From: Acidobacteriota bacterium
GTDB taxonomy: Bacteria > Acidobacteriota > Terriglobia > Acidiferrales > UBA7541
Assembly (NCBI GenBank): GCA_013286465.1
Contig: JABDFR010000007.1
Coordinates: 2,836-66,835, forward strand
Length of the DNA: 64,000 bases
Direction of reading: 5' to 3'
Shown: piece after piece, positions 1 through 9,525 of the stretch
Layout: the number at the start of each line of letters is the position of its first letter
How positions within the stretch are numbered: position 1 is the first letter of the stretch
Notes under the pieces: model-generated
What the model was told of the DNA's origin: nothing
The model's database searches: none
Seen by the model: only the letters and a program-made list of their open reading frames with translations
Translations under genes and position numbers: made by a program

Positions 1-1
1 C

Positions 2-901
2 GTTTCACTTTCCGATTCAGTAAAGAATCGTATTCGTGATTACACTGCGAAACTGGCGCGGGCTTTGAATGTGGTGGGCGTGATGAATGTGCAGTATGCC
101 ATCCAGCGCGATGTGGTTTACGTGCTGGAAGTGAATCCGCGCGCTTCGCGGACGATTCCTTATGTGAGCAAGGCTACCGGCGTGCCTTTGGCGAAAGTGG
201 CGGCGCGGTTGATGATGGGGTGCAAGCTGCGCGATATGAAATTACCGATTTCTCATTCGAATGGCGTGGATGAGTTGAGTGTGCGCGGATTTTATGCGGT
301 GAAGTCGCCGGTGTTTCCGTTCAATAAGTTTCGCGGCGTGGATACGATTTTGGGGCCGGAGATGCGTTCGACCGGCGAGGTGATGGGAATTTCCGGGAGT
401 TATGGCGTGGCGTTTGCCAAGGCGCAATTGGCGGCGGGTCAGCGATTGCCGCGCACGGGCGTGGTTTTTATCAGCGTGAGCGATCGCGATAAGCGGCACG
501 TCGCTGGTTTGGCGCAGGATTTGACGCGGGCGGGATTGAAGATTCTTGCTACTCGCGGAACTGCGGCGGCTTTGACGGCTGCTGGGATTGCGGTCGAGAC
601 GGTTTACAAAGTGAACGAGGGCCGGCCGAACATTGTGGATTTGGTGAAAACTGGCAAAGTCGATTTGGTCATCAATACGCCGCTGGGCCGGGAATCTTTT
701 TATGATGAGAAATCGATCCGGCGGGCGGCGATTCGTTACAACGTGCCTTGCATAACTACGCTTTCGGCTGCGGTGGCGGCGGCGCGCGGGATTTTGGCGA
801 TTGCACAGCAGCCGATTGAAGTGGCTTCTTTGCAGGAATTGCATCGGGATGCGGCGGTGTTGGAGAAGAAGACTGCGAGTTCGCCTGCTGGCGCGGATTA
901 A
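2..901 (+). CDS. carB: carbamoyl-phosphate synthase large subunit, C-terminal fragment (5' end lies left of the window)
   Basis: The frame is open from base 2 with no stop. The translation (...[33 protein letters not shown]...) followed by an MGS-like allosteric domain ([10 protein letters not shown]...LVINTPLG) matches the conserved end of CarB. The track start at 65 is only the first start-like codon. Confidence 0.9.
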   Translation, partial: VSLSDSVKNRIRDYTAKLARALNVVGVMNVQYAIQRDVVYVLEVNPRASRTIPYVSKATGVPLAKVAARLMMGCKLRDMKLPISHSNGVDELSVRGFYAVKSPVFPFNKFRGVDTILGPEMRSTGEVMGISGSYGVAFAKAQLAAGQRLPRTGVVFISVSDRDKRHVAGLAQDLTRAGLKILATRGTAAALTAAGIAVETVYKVNEGRPNIVDLVKTGKVDLVINTPLGRESFYDEKSIRRAAIRYNVPCITTLSAAVAAARGILAIAQQPIEVASLQELHRDAAVLEKKTASSPAGAD

Positions 902-983
902 GATTACAGAAGAAATTAAATCGACCGAAAATTAGAGCGCAACAGAAAAATAGAGAGCGAAAGACTAAGAAAAAAGGAAAAGA

Positions 984-1025
984 GGGCCGAAAGGCGGGCG
1001 GGGCTGGAAGGCCCGCCCCTACGAA
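984..1025 (-). repeat. REP-A palindromic element (GTAG-led GC hairpin), inverted orientation
   Basis: The reverse complement reads ttcGTAGGGGCGGGCCTTCCAGCCCCGCCCGCCTTTCGGCCC. It has a 7-bp GGGCGGG/CCCGCCC stem, a 5' GTAG and the conserved TTTCGGCCC tail shared with at least 10 other copies in the window. Confidence 0.8.
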
Positions 1026-1053
1026 CCCAACGGCAACTGCGACACCACGACCT

Positions 1054-1950
1054 ATGAGACTTTCTGGAATATTTCCGCCGGTTACTACACCTTTTGATTC
1101 TTACGGGGGCGTTGATTTTGCTCGCTTCACGGAAAACCTGTCGCGGTATGGCGCTACCCGGCTTGGTGGGTTTTTGTTGAATGGGTCTACCGGCGAGTCG
1201 GTGCTTTTGCGTTGGACGGAGATTTACCGGATTTGGGAAGTTGCCAGGGAAAAAGCTGCGGCTGGCAAAATTTTGATCGCTGGGACTGGGGCGGAATCTA
1301 CGCCGGAGACGATCGAGCATACGAACCGGGCGGCTTCTCTTGGGTTTGATTTTGCTTTGGTGCGGACGCCGAATTATTACAAGCCGGCTATGAGCGTCGA
1401 GGCTGAGGCTACGCACTTTTTGCGGGTGGCAGATGCGGCGCGGATTCCGATTTTGCTTTACTCGGTGCCGGTGTTTACCGGCTATACGATTGAGGCGCCG
1501 CTGGTGGCGCGTGTAGCGCATCACGAAAATATTGTGGGGATGAAAGATAGTTCGGGAAGCGTCGAGCGCGTCGCAGAAATTCTAGCTGTGGCGCCGGAGC
1601 GCTTTCGATTGCTGGTGGGATCGGCCTCGACGCTTGAGCCTTCGCTGGCCAAAGGGGCTTGCGGCGCGATTTTGGCGCTGGCCTGCGCGTTTCCGGAACT
1701 TTGCTGCGAGATTTACGATTCCGCGCAGGCCGGCGACATCGCGCGGGCGCAGGAGTTGCAGAAATTGTTGGCCGCACCTTCGGCGCTCCTGGGCGCAAAA
1801 TACGGGATCGCGGGCTTGAAGTATGCGCTCGACCGGCTCGGTTATTTTGGCGGGCCGGTGCGGGGGCCATTGATGCCTCTGGACGAGGCTGGAAAGCAGG
1901 AGATTGACGCGCTGCTGGCCTCGATGACATCGGCGGCGCGCGCGTCCTGA
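1054..1950 (+). CDS. dihydrodipicolinate synthase-family class I aldolase (substrate not assignable)
   Basis: 298 aa. DHDPS/NAL family pattern: NGSTGES block, Schiff-base lysine context IVGMKDSSG and typical length. Confidence 0.8.
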   Translation: MRLSGIFPPVTTPFDSYGGVDFARFTENLSRYGATRLGGFLLNGSTGESVLLRWTEIYRIWEVAREKAAAGKILIAGTGAESTPETIEHTNRAASLGFDFALVRTPNYYKPAMSVEAEATHFLRVADAARIPILLYSVPVFTGYTIEAPLVARVAHHENIVGMKDSSGSVERVAEILAVAPERFRLLVGSASTLEPSLAKGACGAILALACAFPELCCEIYDSAQAGDIARAQELQKLLAAPSALLGAKYGIAGLKYALDRLGYFGGPVRGPLMPLDEAGKQEIDALLASMTSAARAS

Positions 1951-1989
1951 TTGCTGCGTCCTTTTCCGGCGTGTATCATCAATTCCTTC

Positions 1990-3609
1990 ATGGAGTCTCA
2001 CTGTCTTCGGCTCGCCTCGCTGCCTCATACCAGTAAATTATTTGCTGCTTATTTGGAAGACTTCTCTCGTGTGAAGCAGTTCTACGGGTACACGCCCGAT
2101 GAGACTGGCGTTGTGGCGGCGGCGCGGGCTGTGGATCTGCCCTTGGCGTCGCGGCGGGCGGTGATTGAGGTATTACGCGACCAGAACCGCGCTTTTGGCG
2201 CTGATACCGCCACCGAGCGAAGCCTGGATCGTTTGGCCAAGGGTGCCGTGGCAATCGTTACCGGCCAGCAAGTCGGACTTTTCAGCGGGCCGGCCTATAG
2301 CTTTTACAAGGCGCTGACGGCGATTCGGTGGGCTGAAAATTTGACGGCGCACGGGCTCGACGCGGTGCCGGTGTTCTGGTTGGCTACGGAAGATCACGAT
2401 CTGGCCGAAGTGAATCAATGCTTTTGGCTGACTAAGAACGGCACGGAGAAATTTTCGGACACGTCGGCGGAGGCAAGCGCCGGGCAGCAAGTTGGCGCAA
2501 TTAAGTTTGGCGCCGAAATTTCCGGGCTGGTCGATTCGGCGGCGCGGGGCTTGGCCGGCCCGTTTGCTTCAGAAGTGGAGCGCGCGCTGCGGGAATCTTA
2601 TGCGGCCGGGGAAACTTTTGGATCGGCATTTGGGAAACTCCTAGCGCGCTCGCTGGCTGGCCGCGGGATGATTTTGCTCGATCCTCTCGATCGCAGTTTG
2701 CACCGCATCGCGGCGCCGGTCTTTCACCGCGCGATTGAGAATGCGGAAAGCTTGCGCGATGAGTTGCTGGCGCGCGGGAAGGCGCTCGAGAAGACCGGCT
2801 TCCACTCGCAGGTGAAAGTTACTGCCGAGACTACACTGCTTTTTATGAATGTGGATGGACGCCGCGAGCCGGTGCGCATGCGCGGCGGAAAATTTGTGGT
2901 GGGGGTTAAGGGCGGGACGACATTTGCCACCAGTGAAATTCTCGCGTTGATCGAGAAAACCCCTGAGATTTTTTCACCGAACGTCTTGCTGCGGGCGATC
3001 GTGCAGGATTCGTTGCTGCCGACGGCGGCGTACGTCGGCGGGCCGGCCGAAGTGGCCTACATGGCGCAGGTGGAAGTGGTGTATCGCAAGCTTGGAGCGC
3101 CGATGCCCGCGATATTGCCGCGAGCTGGCTTTACCTTGATTGAGCCGCACGTGGCGCATCTGATGAAAAAATATGGATTGACGCTTGAGGATGTTTTTCG
3201 CGGACGGCAGACCGTGCGGGCCTTGCTCGCGGCGGGTTCGCTGCCCCGGGGATTGGCGAAGCGATTTGACGCGGATGAAAAAGCGTTGCAGCGAATGCTC
3301 ACGAAATTCGAGAAGCCTCTGGGGAAGTTGGACAAGACCCTTTTGGGTTCTTTGGGCACCGCGGAACGCAAGATGATTTATCAGTTTTCGAAATTGCGGC
3401 GGAAGGTTGGCGCGGCCGAAGGATTTCGGAGTGGTGTGCTGGAGAAGCACGAGCGGATTTTGTTGGAGGCGCTTTTTCCATTGCGTGCGCCTCAGGAACG
3501 GGCGCTTTGTTTTTTGCCTTTCTTGGCTTCGGCTGGAGCGGGGTTGTTGGATGAACTGGCGAAGTTGGCTGGGGAATCGCCGGCGCAGCACTGTGTGGTC
3601 TTGCTTTGA
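1990..3609 (+). CDS. bshC: bacillithiol biosynthesis cysteine-adding enzyme BshC
   Basis: From ATG 1990 (the track ORF starts at TTG 1951) the product begins MESHCLRLASLPHTSKLF. It carries the TGQQVGLFSGPAYSFYKALTAI block and has the ~540-aa length typical of BshC. Confidence 0.78.
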   Translation: MESHCLRLASLPHTSKLFAAYLEDFSRVKQFYGYTPDETGVVAAARAVDLPLASRRAVIEVLRDQNRAFGADTATERSLDRLAKGAVAIVTGQQVGLFSGPAYSFYKALTAIRWAENLTAHGLDAVPVFWLATEDHDLAEVNQCFWLTKNGTEKFSDTSAEASAGQQVGAIKFGAEISGLVDSAARGLAGPFASEVERALRESYAAGETFGSAFGKLLARSLAGRGMILLDPLDRSLHRIAAPVFHRAIENAESLRDELLARGKALEKTGFHSQVKVTAETTLLFMNVDGRREPVRMRGGKFVVGVKGGTTFATSEILALIEKTPEIFSPNVLLRAIVQDSLLPTAAYVGGPAEVAYMAQVEVVYRKLGAPMPAILPRAGFTLIEPHVAHLMKKYGLTLEDVFRGRQTVRALLAAGSLPRGLAKRFDADEKALQRMLTKFEKPLGKLDKTLLGSLGTAERKMIYQFSKLRRKVGAAEGFRSGVLEKHERILLEALFPLRAPQERALCFLPFLASAGAGLLDELAKLAGESPAQHCVVLL

Positions 3610-3642
3610 GTTGAATTCGACTGCGAACACCCAGTGCTAACC

Positions 3643-3672
3643 CGGGCGGGACGTGAAGCCCCGCCCCTACAC
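3643..3672 (-). repeat. REP-A palindromic element, inverted orientation
   Basis: The reverse complement reads tGTAGGGGCGGGGCTTCACGTCCCGCCCGGG: GTAG plus the GGGCGGG/CCCGCCC stem. Confidence 0.7.
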
Positions 3673-3712
3673 AATTCGCGGCGCGAGCCGAGAGGCCGGG
3701 GTACGGGGAGCG

Positions 3713-3721
3713 TGGTAAAAT
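3713..3721 (+). promoter_or_regulatory. possible extended -10 promoter element (TGgTAAAAT) upstream of the aldolase gene
   Basis: The sequence tggtaaaat lies 44 nt upstream of ATG 3765, with a GAGGTG Shine-Dalgarno between them. No good -35 element is present. Confidence 0.3.
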
Positions 3722-3764
3722 ATCGCGAATTTTGAGATCACTTGAGGATTAGCGAGGTGAACTG

Positions 3765-4784
3765 ATGAAGGTTACGCCGGGGAAACAGAAGGGCATGAAG
3801 GCGGTGTCGAATGAGCGCGGCGTGATCGCTGCTGCTGCCATGGATCAGCGCGGCTCTTTGAAGAGCGCGATTTCTAAGGATAAGGGCATCGATAAGTCCG
3901 CGGTTACGCCTGAGATGATGTCGGAATTTAAAGAGGCGGTGACGCGGATTCTTACGCCTTATGCGAGCGCGATTTTGCTGGATCCGGAATATGGATTGAA
4001 AGCTGCTAAGGAACGCGCGAAGAACGCTGGCTTGCTGCTGGCTTATGAGAATTCCGGTTACGACAATACGCGCCCGGGGCGTTTGCCGGATTTGCTGGAT
4101 CATTGGTCGGTGCGACGGCTCGTGGCTGCGGGCGCGGATTGCATCAAAATTTTGCTTTATTACACGCCATTTGACTCTTCGGAGATCAACGAAACGAAAC
4201 ATGCTTGGGTCGAGCGCATTGGCGGTGAATGTACCGCCTCGGACGTGCCGTTCTTTCTCGAATTTGTCGGCTACGAAGAGAAGGGCGACGAAAAGGGAAT
4301 CGAGTTTGCGAAGAAGAAGCCCGAGATTGTAACCAAGAGCATGGCGGAATTCTCGAAGCCTCAATATGGCGTAGATGTTTTGAAAGTGGAAGTGCCTGTG
4401 AATATGGCGTTCGTGGGTGGAACGCGCGCGTGCAAGGGCGAGTCGGCTTATACGCGCGATCAGGCCAAGGATTATTTCCGCCAGGCGGCGGCCGCTGCTA
4501 AAAAGCCGTTCATTTATTTGTCAGCGGGGGTTAGTAACGAAGTTTTTTCGGAGACTTTAGACCTGGCTGCGGAGTCGGGCACGAATTTTTCCGGAGTGCT
4601 ATGCGGGCGGGCTACCTGGAAGGACGGCATGCCGATCTACGCTAAACAGGGATTGAAGGCACTGGAAGATTGGCTCTCGAACGAGGGCGTTAAGAATATT
4701 AAGAATGTGAATGACCGTCTGGGCGCAGCGAAACCGTGGTTCAGTTTCTATGGCGCGAGTTCGGCAGCGGCATTGTCCGACTGA
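3765..4784 (+). CDS. lacD: tagatose-1,6-bisphosphate aldolase (class I, LacD family)
   Basis: The N-terminus GKQKGMKAVSNERGVIAAAAMDQRGSLKSAI matches the LacD-family DQRGSL block. Length is 339 aa. Confidence 0.72.
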   Translation: MKVTPGKQKGMKAVSNERGVIAAAAMDQRGSLKSAISKDKGIDKSAVTPEMMSEFKEAVTRILTPYASAILLDPEYGLKAAKERAKNAGLLLAYENSGYDNTRPGRLPDLLDHWSVRRLVAAGADCIKILLYYTPFDSSEINETKHAWVERIGGECTASDVPFFLEFVGYEEKGDEKGIEFAKKKPEIVTKSMAEFSKPQYGVDVLKVEVPVNMAFVGGTRACKGESAYTRDQAKDYFRQAAAAAKKPFIYLSAGVSNEVFSETLDLAAESGTNFSGVLCGRATWKDGMPIYAKQGLKALEDWLSNEGVKNIKNVNDRLGAAKPWFSFYGASSAAALSD

Positions 4785-4814
4785 CGCGCGGGACTCTCCC
4801 GAACCAATCAAAAG

Positions 4815-5252
4815 ATGGCTTCCTCAGGAACAAATGCGCGGCGAGATTCGCACGGCCTCGCCACTTTGGCGTTGCGATCTTCGCGGCGTACGGAGCTTAT
4901 CAACATTACTTCTGAGGTGCAGGCGCTCGTCGCGGAGTCCGGATGTTCTGCCGGCGTCTGTCATATCTATGTGCCGCATACCACGGCTGGAGTGATCATC
5001 AACGAAGGTTATGACCCGGATGTGGCGCGCGATATGGAAGTGGCGCTCGACCGCTTGATTCCGCACAAGGGTGATTACCGGCATGCGGAAGGGAATTCGG
5101 ATTCGCATATCAAGACGGCGCTGGTGGGATCGTCGCAGTCGCTATTTATCGAGCAAGGGCGCTTGGGATTGGGCCGCTGGCAGGCCATTTTCTTTTGCGA
5201 GTTTGATGGGCCGCGGCATCGCGATGTGCGGGTGAAGATTGTTGCGGATTAG
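4815..5252 (+). CDS. yjbQ: YjbQ/UPF0047 family protein (secondary thiamine-phosphate synthase-like)
   Basis: ELINITSEV...VCHIYVPHTTAGVIINEGYDPDV...GNSDSHIK...GRWQAIFFCEFDGPR is the conserved YjbQ pattern. Confidence 0.85.
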   Translation: MASSGTNARRDSHGLATLALRSSRRTELINITSEVQALVAESGCSAGVCHIYVPHTTAGVIINEGYDPDVARDMEVALDRLIPHKGDYRHAEGNSDSHIKTALVGSSQSLFIEQGRLGLGRWQAIFFCEFDGPRHRDVRVKIVAD

Positions 5253-5294
5253 GGTGATTGTCGGCGTTTGTGCGCGGTGTTAACCTCTTTCGAG

Positions 5295-6434
5295 ATGACT
5301 AGCGGGCTTTATATTCAGGTTCCTTTCTGCCAGACGAAGTGCACCTACTGCAATTTCCATACCGGCGTTTTTTCCTCTCAGCTTTACGAGCCTTATGCGC
5401 GGGCGGTTTGCCGCGAGATTGAAATTCGCGCGCGCGGGGATATCTGGCCGGCTTTCGATACTGCTTATTTTGGCGGAGGCACGCCGAGTTTGCTGGCGCC
5501 GGAAAATTTGGCGCGGATTTTGGACGCGGCACGAGCGAATTTTGATTGCCGGTTTGAAGAGGTCACGCTTGAGGCTGATCCCGAGACTATCACGCGGGAA
5601 AAAGCGGAGGCTTGGCTCGCGGCGGGATTTAATCGCGTTAGCTTGGGGGCGCAGTCGTTCAATGATTTGGAATTGCAGGCGGCCGGGCGCATGCACCGGC
5701 GGACGGATATCGCCGCGTCGGTTTCGACTTTGCGCACGGCTGGATTCCGGAATTTGACTTTGGATTTGATCGCCGGCCTACCGCATCAGACGGCGGATTC
5801 CTGGCGCGATTCGGTGGAAAGTCTTTTGCGCCTTGAGCCGGAACACATTTCCATTTACATGATGGAAATCGATGAGGGCAGCCGATTGGGACGTGAAGCG
5901 ATCGCTGGCGGCGAGCGCTACTCTGCCGGTGAATTGCCGAGCGATGACGCTATGGCTGATTCTTATGAACTGGCGTGTGGTTGGTTGGCCGATGCTGGAT
6001 TTGAGCATTACGAAATTTCGAATTGGGCGCGGCCGGGATTTCGTTCGCGGCACAATTTGAAATATTGGCGGCGCGAGCTTTATTTGGGATTGGGGGCTGG
6101 GGCGCATTCGTTTGATGGGCTGCGGCGCTGCGCTAATTCGCACGAGCCGGCGGGTTATGTGGCGTCCATCGAGCTGGGTCGATTGCCTACGGAGCAGGAG
6201 TCGACGGTCAGCGAAAGGGAAGCTTTGGAAGAACGGATTTTTCTTGGATTGCGGCAATTGGAGGGAATTGATTTGTCGGCTTTGACCGGTGCGCGAGAGA
6301 ATTCGTTGCCTGCGCGGATTGAAGACATGCGTCGAGATGGGTTGGTGATTGTTGATGGTGGGCGATTGCGTTTGGCGCCGGATCGATTGACGGTTTCGAA
6401 TGACGTGCTTGTGGAATTGATGGAGGCCGTTTGA
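5295..6434 (+). CDS. hemW: radical SAM heme chaperone HemW / HemN-like oxygen-independent coproporphyrinogen oxidase family
   Basis: Radical-SAM CxxxCxxC motif (FCQTKCTYCNF) a few residues after ATG 5295, a GGGTPS block, and a ~380-aa length with a HemN_C-like end. Confidence 0.85.
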   Translation: MTSGLYIQVPFCQTKCTYCNFHTGVFSSQLYEPYARAVCREIEIRARGDIWPAFDTAYFGGGTPSLLAPENLARILDAARANFDCRFEEVTLEADPETITREKAEAWLAAGFNRVSLGAQSFNDLELQAAGRMHRRTDIAASVSTLRTAGFRNLTLDLIAGLPHQTADSWRDSVESLLRLEPEHISIYMMEIDEGSRLGREAIAGGERYSAGELPSDDAMADSYELACGWLADAGFEHYEISNWARPGFRSRHNLKYWRRELYLGLGAGAHSFDGLRRCANSHEPAGYVASIELGRLPTEQESTVSEREALEERIFLGLRQLEGIDLSALTGARENSLPARIEDMRRDGLVIVDGGRLRLAPDRLTVSNDVLVELMEAV

Positions 6435-6450
6435 GCGCTACCGAAAAAAT

Positions 6451-6490
6451 GGGCCGAACGGCGGGAGGGGCTGAAGGCCCTCCCCTACAC
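6451..6490 (-). repeat. REP-A palindromic element, inverted orientation, A:T covariant stem
   Basis: The reverse complement reads gtGTAGGGGAGGGCCTTCAGCCCCTCCCGCCGTTCGGCCC. The central stem pair is changed on both arms (GGGAGGG/CCCTCCC). It lies in the hemW-ltaE spacer, inside the track's N-terminal extension of the next ORF. Confidence 0.8.
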
Positions 6491-7522
6491 TTGGCGGTCG
6501 ATTTGCGCTCCGATACGGTTACTCGGCCTACGGCTGCTATGCGGCGGGCCATGGCTGAGGCTGAGGTTGGAGATGATGTTTACGGCGAAGATCCGACCGT
6601 GAACCGATTGCAGGTGCGGGCTGCTGAAATTTTTGGGCGCGAGGCTGCGCTTTTTGTGCCAAGTGGATCGATGGGGAATTTGCTGGCGATCAGAGGCTGG
6701 GCGCCGGCCGGGACTGAGATTGTTTGCGAGGCGCGGGCGCATACGAATCAGTATGAATTGGCTTCGATGTCGGCTTTGGCTGGATGTTTCCCGCGCACGG
6801 TGCTTGCGACGGATGGAATACTTTCCTGGGAGTTGGTCGAGAGTCTGATCCGGCCTAAGAATTACCTTTTTTCGCAGACTGGATTGGTGTGGCTCGAGAA
6901 TACGCACAATATGGCGGGCGGGACCGTCCATCCGCAGGCGAGTGCCGACGAGATTTGCGACAACGTACATTCGCTTGGGCTGCCGATTCATTTGGACGGG
7001 GCGCGGATTTTTAACGCGGCGGTGGCTATCGGGAAGAGCGTGGCGGAATTATCGCGCAAGTTTGATTCGGTGATGTTTTGTTTGTCGAAGGGGCTCGGGG
7101 CGCCGGTGGGCTCGATGTTGCTCGGATCGCGGGAGTTTATCGCCAAGGCGCACGTGACGCGCAAGATGTTGGGTGGGGCGATGCGGCAGGCCGGGGTGGT
7201 GGCGGCGGCCGGATTGATTGCGCTCGAGGAATCGCCGGAACTTTTGAGGCGGGATCATGAGAATGCGCGTTTTTTGGCGGAGGGGCTGTCGCGGATTCGA
7301 GGGGTTTCGGTCGATCCGAAGAAAGTGGTTACCAACATTGTGATTTTCGATGTGACTGGGACCGGAAAAACCGCGGCCGAAATTTCTGGCGCACTGGCAA
7401 GGAAGAAAATCCTGGCTAATCCCACCGAGAAATTCTTGATTCGCATGGTTACACATTGTGATGTGGATCGGGCGGGGTGCGAGCAGGCTTTGCAGGTAGT
7501 GGATGAGGTTGTGACGCATTAG
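6491..7522 (+). CDS. ltaE: low-specificity L-threonine aldolase (PLP-dependent)
   Basis: The family starts right at (M)AVDLRSDTVTRPT, and the PLP-lysine context CLSKGLGAPVGS is present. I start it at in-frame TTG 6491 because 6431-6490 is a REP copy. The start is uncertain by a few codons. Confidence 0.85.
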   Translation: MAVDLRSDTVTRPTAAMRRAMAEAEVGDDVYGEDPTVNRLQVRAAEIFGREAALFVPSGSMGNLLAIRGWAPAGTEIVCEARAHTNQYELASMSALAGCFPRTVLATDGILSWELVESLIRPKNYLFSQTGLVWLENTHNMAGGTVHPQASADEICDNVHSLGLPIHLDGARIFNAAVAIGKSVAELSRKFDSVMFCLSKGLGAPVGSMLLGSREFIAKAHVTRKMLGGAMRQAGVVAAAGLIALEESPELLRRDHENARFLAEGLSRIRGVSVDPKKVVTNIVIFDVTGTGKTAAEISGALARKKILANPTEKFLIRMVTHCDVDRAGCEQALQVVDEVVTH

Positions 7523-7586
7523 CGGCAGGCGGCAATCGGCGCAAAGTTGCGTGAAGATGCTGCGCTGAAGCGCACCGCTACGAAAG

Positions 7587-9461
7587 ATGAAATTCAATTG
7601 GGGCTTGGGGGGGGTCATGTTTTCTGGGTTTCTGCGGACGGGTGCGGTTTTGGGCATTTTCGTTGGGGGAGTTTTCTTGATGGCTTGGATTGGGACTGAA
7701 CCGGCTTCGGGAACGATGCCGAATGGGGCGCCGACTGTCGATGAAGCGCGCGCGTTTACCGACGCCGCGGAGACCAAGCTGCTGGATTTGTGGATTAAAT
7801 CCGGAAGGGCTTCGTGGGTGCAGCAAACATTTATTACCGATGACACGCAGCGCATTTCGGCGGACGCCGACTTGGCGGTGAAATCGGAGACGGCGCGGCT
7901 CGCGGCTGAGGCGCGGCGGTTTGATGGAATGACATTGCCGGAGGACGTGGCGCGCAAATTGAAATTGATCCGGCTGTCGGTGGATATTCCGGCGCCGCGC
8001 GATCCTGCGGAAGCGGCCGAGCTGGCGAAGATCGATTCGTCGTTGCATGCGGATTACGGCAAAGGGAAGTGGTGTCCGGATGCGTCGGACGCTTCGAAAT
8101 GCCTGAATATCGATCAACTCGAGAAACTTATGGCATCGAGCCGCGATCCGGAGGAATTGAAGCGCGCGTGGATTGGCTGGCATGCGATTGCGCCGCCGAT
8201 GCGTGAGCGTTATGAACGAATGGTCGAACTCGGGAACAAAGGGGCGCGCGAATTGGGTTTTGCGGACATGGGCTCGCAGTGGCGCTCGAATTACGATATG
8301 CCGCCCGATAAATTTGCCGCGGAAATCGAGAGGCTTTGGCAGCAGGTGCGTCCGCTCTATGAATCGCTGCACGCTTACGTAAGGACACGGTTGCACGAAA
8401 AGTATGGCGCCGCTGTTCCCGCCGACGGTCCGATTCCCGCGGAACTTTTGGGGAATTTGTGGGCGCAGGGCTGGACGAATATTTATCCGCTCGTTGCCCC
8501 GCCGCAGGGAGATTCCGGGTACGACCTTACTGAGATTTTGAAATCGCGGAATACCGATGCGGTCGGAATGGTGAAATTCGGCGAGCGCTTCTTCGTTTCG
8601 CTGGGATTCGATCCGCTGCCGGAGACATTTTGGAAGCGGTCGATGTTTGTGAGGCCGCGCGACCGCGAGGTGGTGTGCCATGCGAGCGCCTGGAGCATCG
8701 ATTTCCGCGACGATTTGCGCGTGAAGATGTGCATCCAGATCAACGATGAAGATTTCACCACCGTTCACCACGAGCTGGGCCACAATTTTTATCAACGCGC
8801 TTATAACCAGTTGCCGCCGCTCTTTCAGAATGGCGCGAATGACGGATTCCACGAAGCAGTCGGCGATACCATCGCGCTTTCGATCACCCCGGATTATTTG
8901 CACGAAATCGGATTGCTCGATAAAACGCCGGGTGATTCCGGCGATATCGGATTCTTGATGAAGCATGCCCTCGACAAAGTGGCGTTTCTGCCTTTTGGGC
9001 TTTTAATCGATCAATGGCGCTGGAAAGTTTTCTCGGGCGAAATCAAGCCGGCGGATTACAACAAGTCTTGGTGGGAATTGAAGCGCAAGTATCAGGGAGT
9101 GGTGCCGCCGGTGGAACGTTCGGAGGCGGATTTCGATCCTGGCGCGAAATATCACGTGGCGGCGAATGTGCCTTACACGCGTTATTTTCTGGCGGCGATT
9201 TATCAATATCAATTTCACCGGGCGCTTTGCAAAGCGGCGGGGTTTAGCGGCCCGCTGTACCGCTGCTCGATTTATGGGAACAAAGCCGCGGGCGCGCGCT
9301 TGAAGAAGATGTTGGAGATGGGGCAGAGCAAGCCGTGGCCGGACGCGCTGGAGGCTGTTGGCGCGGGGCGCGAGTTGGATGCCTCGGCGATCCTGGAATA
9401 TTACGCGCCGCTCAAGAAATGGCTGGACGAGCAGAACGCCGGGCATCCGACGGGCTGGTGA
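7587..9461 (+). CDS. M2-family peptidyl-dipeptidase A (angiotensin-converting-enzyme-like zinc peptidase), secreted or membrane-anchored
   Basis: HHELGHNFY (HExxH) followed by GFHEAVGD, the gluzincin third-ligand motif of ACE. An N-terminal hydrophobic signal/anchor is present. Length is 624 aa. Confidence 0.85.
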   Translation: MKFNWGLGGVMFSGFLRTGAVLGIFVGGVFLMAWIGTEPASGTMPNGAPTVDEARAFTDAAETKLLDLWIKSGRASWVQQTFITDDTQRISADADLAVKSETARLAAEARRFDGMTLPEDVARKLKLIRLSVDIPAPRDPAEAAELAKIDSSLHADYGKGKWCPDASDASKCLNIDQLEKLMASSRDPEELKRAWIGWHAIAPPMRERYERMVELGNKGARELGFADMGSQWRSNYDMPPDKFAAEIERLWQQVRPLYESLHAYVRTRLHEKYGAAVPADGPIPAELLGNLWAQGWTNIYPLVAPPQGDSGYDLTEILKSRNTDAVGMVKFGERFFVSLGFDPLPETFWKRSMFVRPRDREVVCHASAWSIDFRDDLRVKMCIQINDEDFTTVHHELGHNFYQRAYNQLPPLFQNGANDGFHEAVGDTIALSITPDYLHEIGLLDKTPGDSGDIGFLMKHALDKVAFLPFGLLIDQWRWKVFSGEIKPADYNKSWWELKRKYQGVVPPVERSEADFDPGAKYHVAANVPYTRYFLAAIYQYQFHRALCKAAGFSGPLYRCSIYGNKAAGARLKKMLEMGQSKPWPDALEAVGAGRELDASAILEYYAPLKKWLDEQNAGHPTGW

Positions 9462-9490
9462 TTGCAGAGTCGTACGGTATCAGAGCCGTG

Positions 9491-9499
9491 TGCTATAAA
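9491..9499 (+). promoter_or_regulatory. possible extended -10 promoter element (TGcTATAAA)
   Basis: The sequence tgctataaa lies 27 nt upstream of GTG 9526. There is no convincing -35 element. Confidence 0.3.
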
Positions 9500-9525
9500 T
9501 GATGGAGTGAGGCGGCGAGGGTGAC

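Noticed and set aside
6431-6490. N-terminal extensions implied by the ORF-track starts: ltaE 6431, ccmH 38628, ctaA 51728, the lipoprotein 14373, pfkB 13036, mtnP 12434, the Rieske gene 44459, bshC 1951, ldcA 19691, rayT 58240 and the DUF420 gene 53861.
   Set aside because: The extensions either read through REP or Rpt-D repeat copies, overlap the preceding gene in another frame, or place non-signal sequence ahead of an obvious signal peptide or the family N-terminus. In each case an internal ATG, GTG or TTG with a better context gives the canonical start.
7578-8966. A 462-aa ORF on the minus strand, antisense to the M2 peptidase gene. Similar long antisense ORFs occur at 16603-18012, 18192-19205, 20943-22034, 29456-30817, 32067-32834 and 62508-63575.
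   Set aside because: All lie entirely inside strong, family-assignable genes on the other strand. Their translations are Arg/Pro/His/Gln-rich and low in complexity, with no recognisable motifs. This is the usual shadow-ORF artefact of GC-rich DNA.
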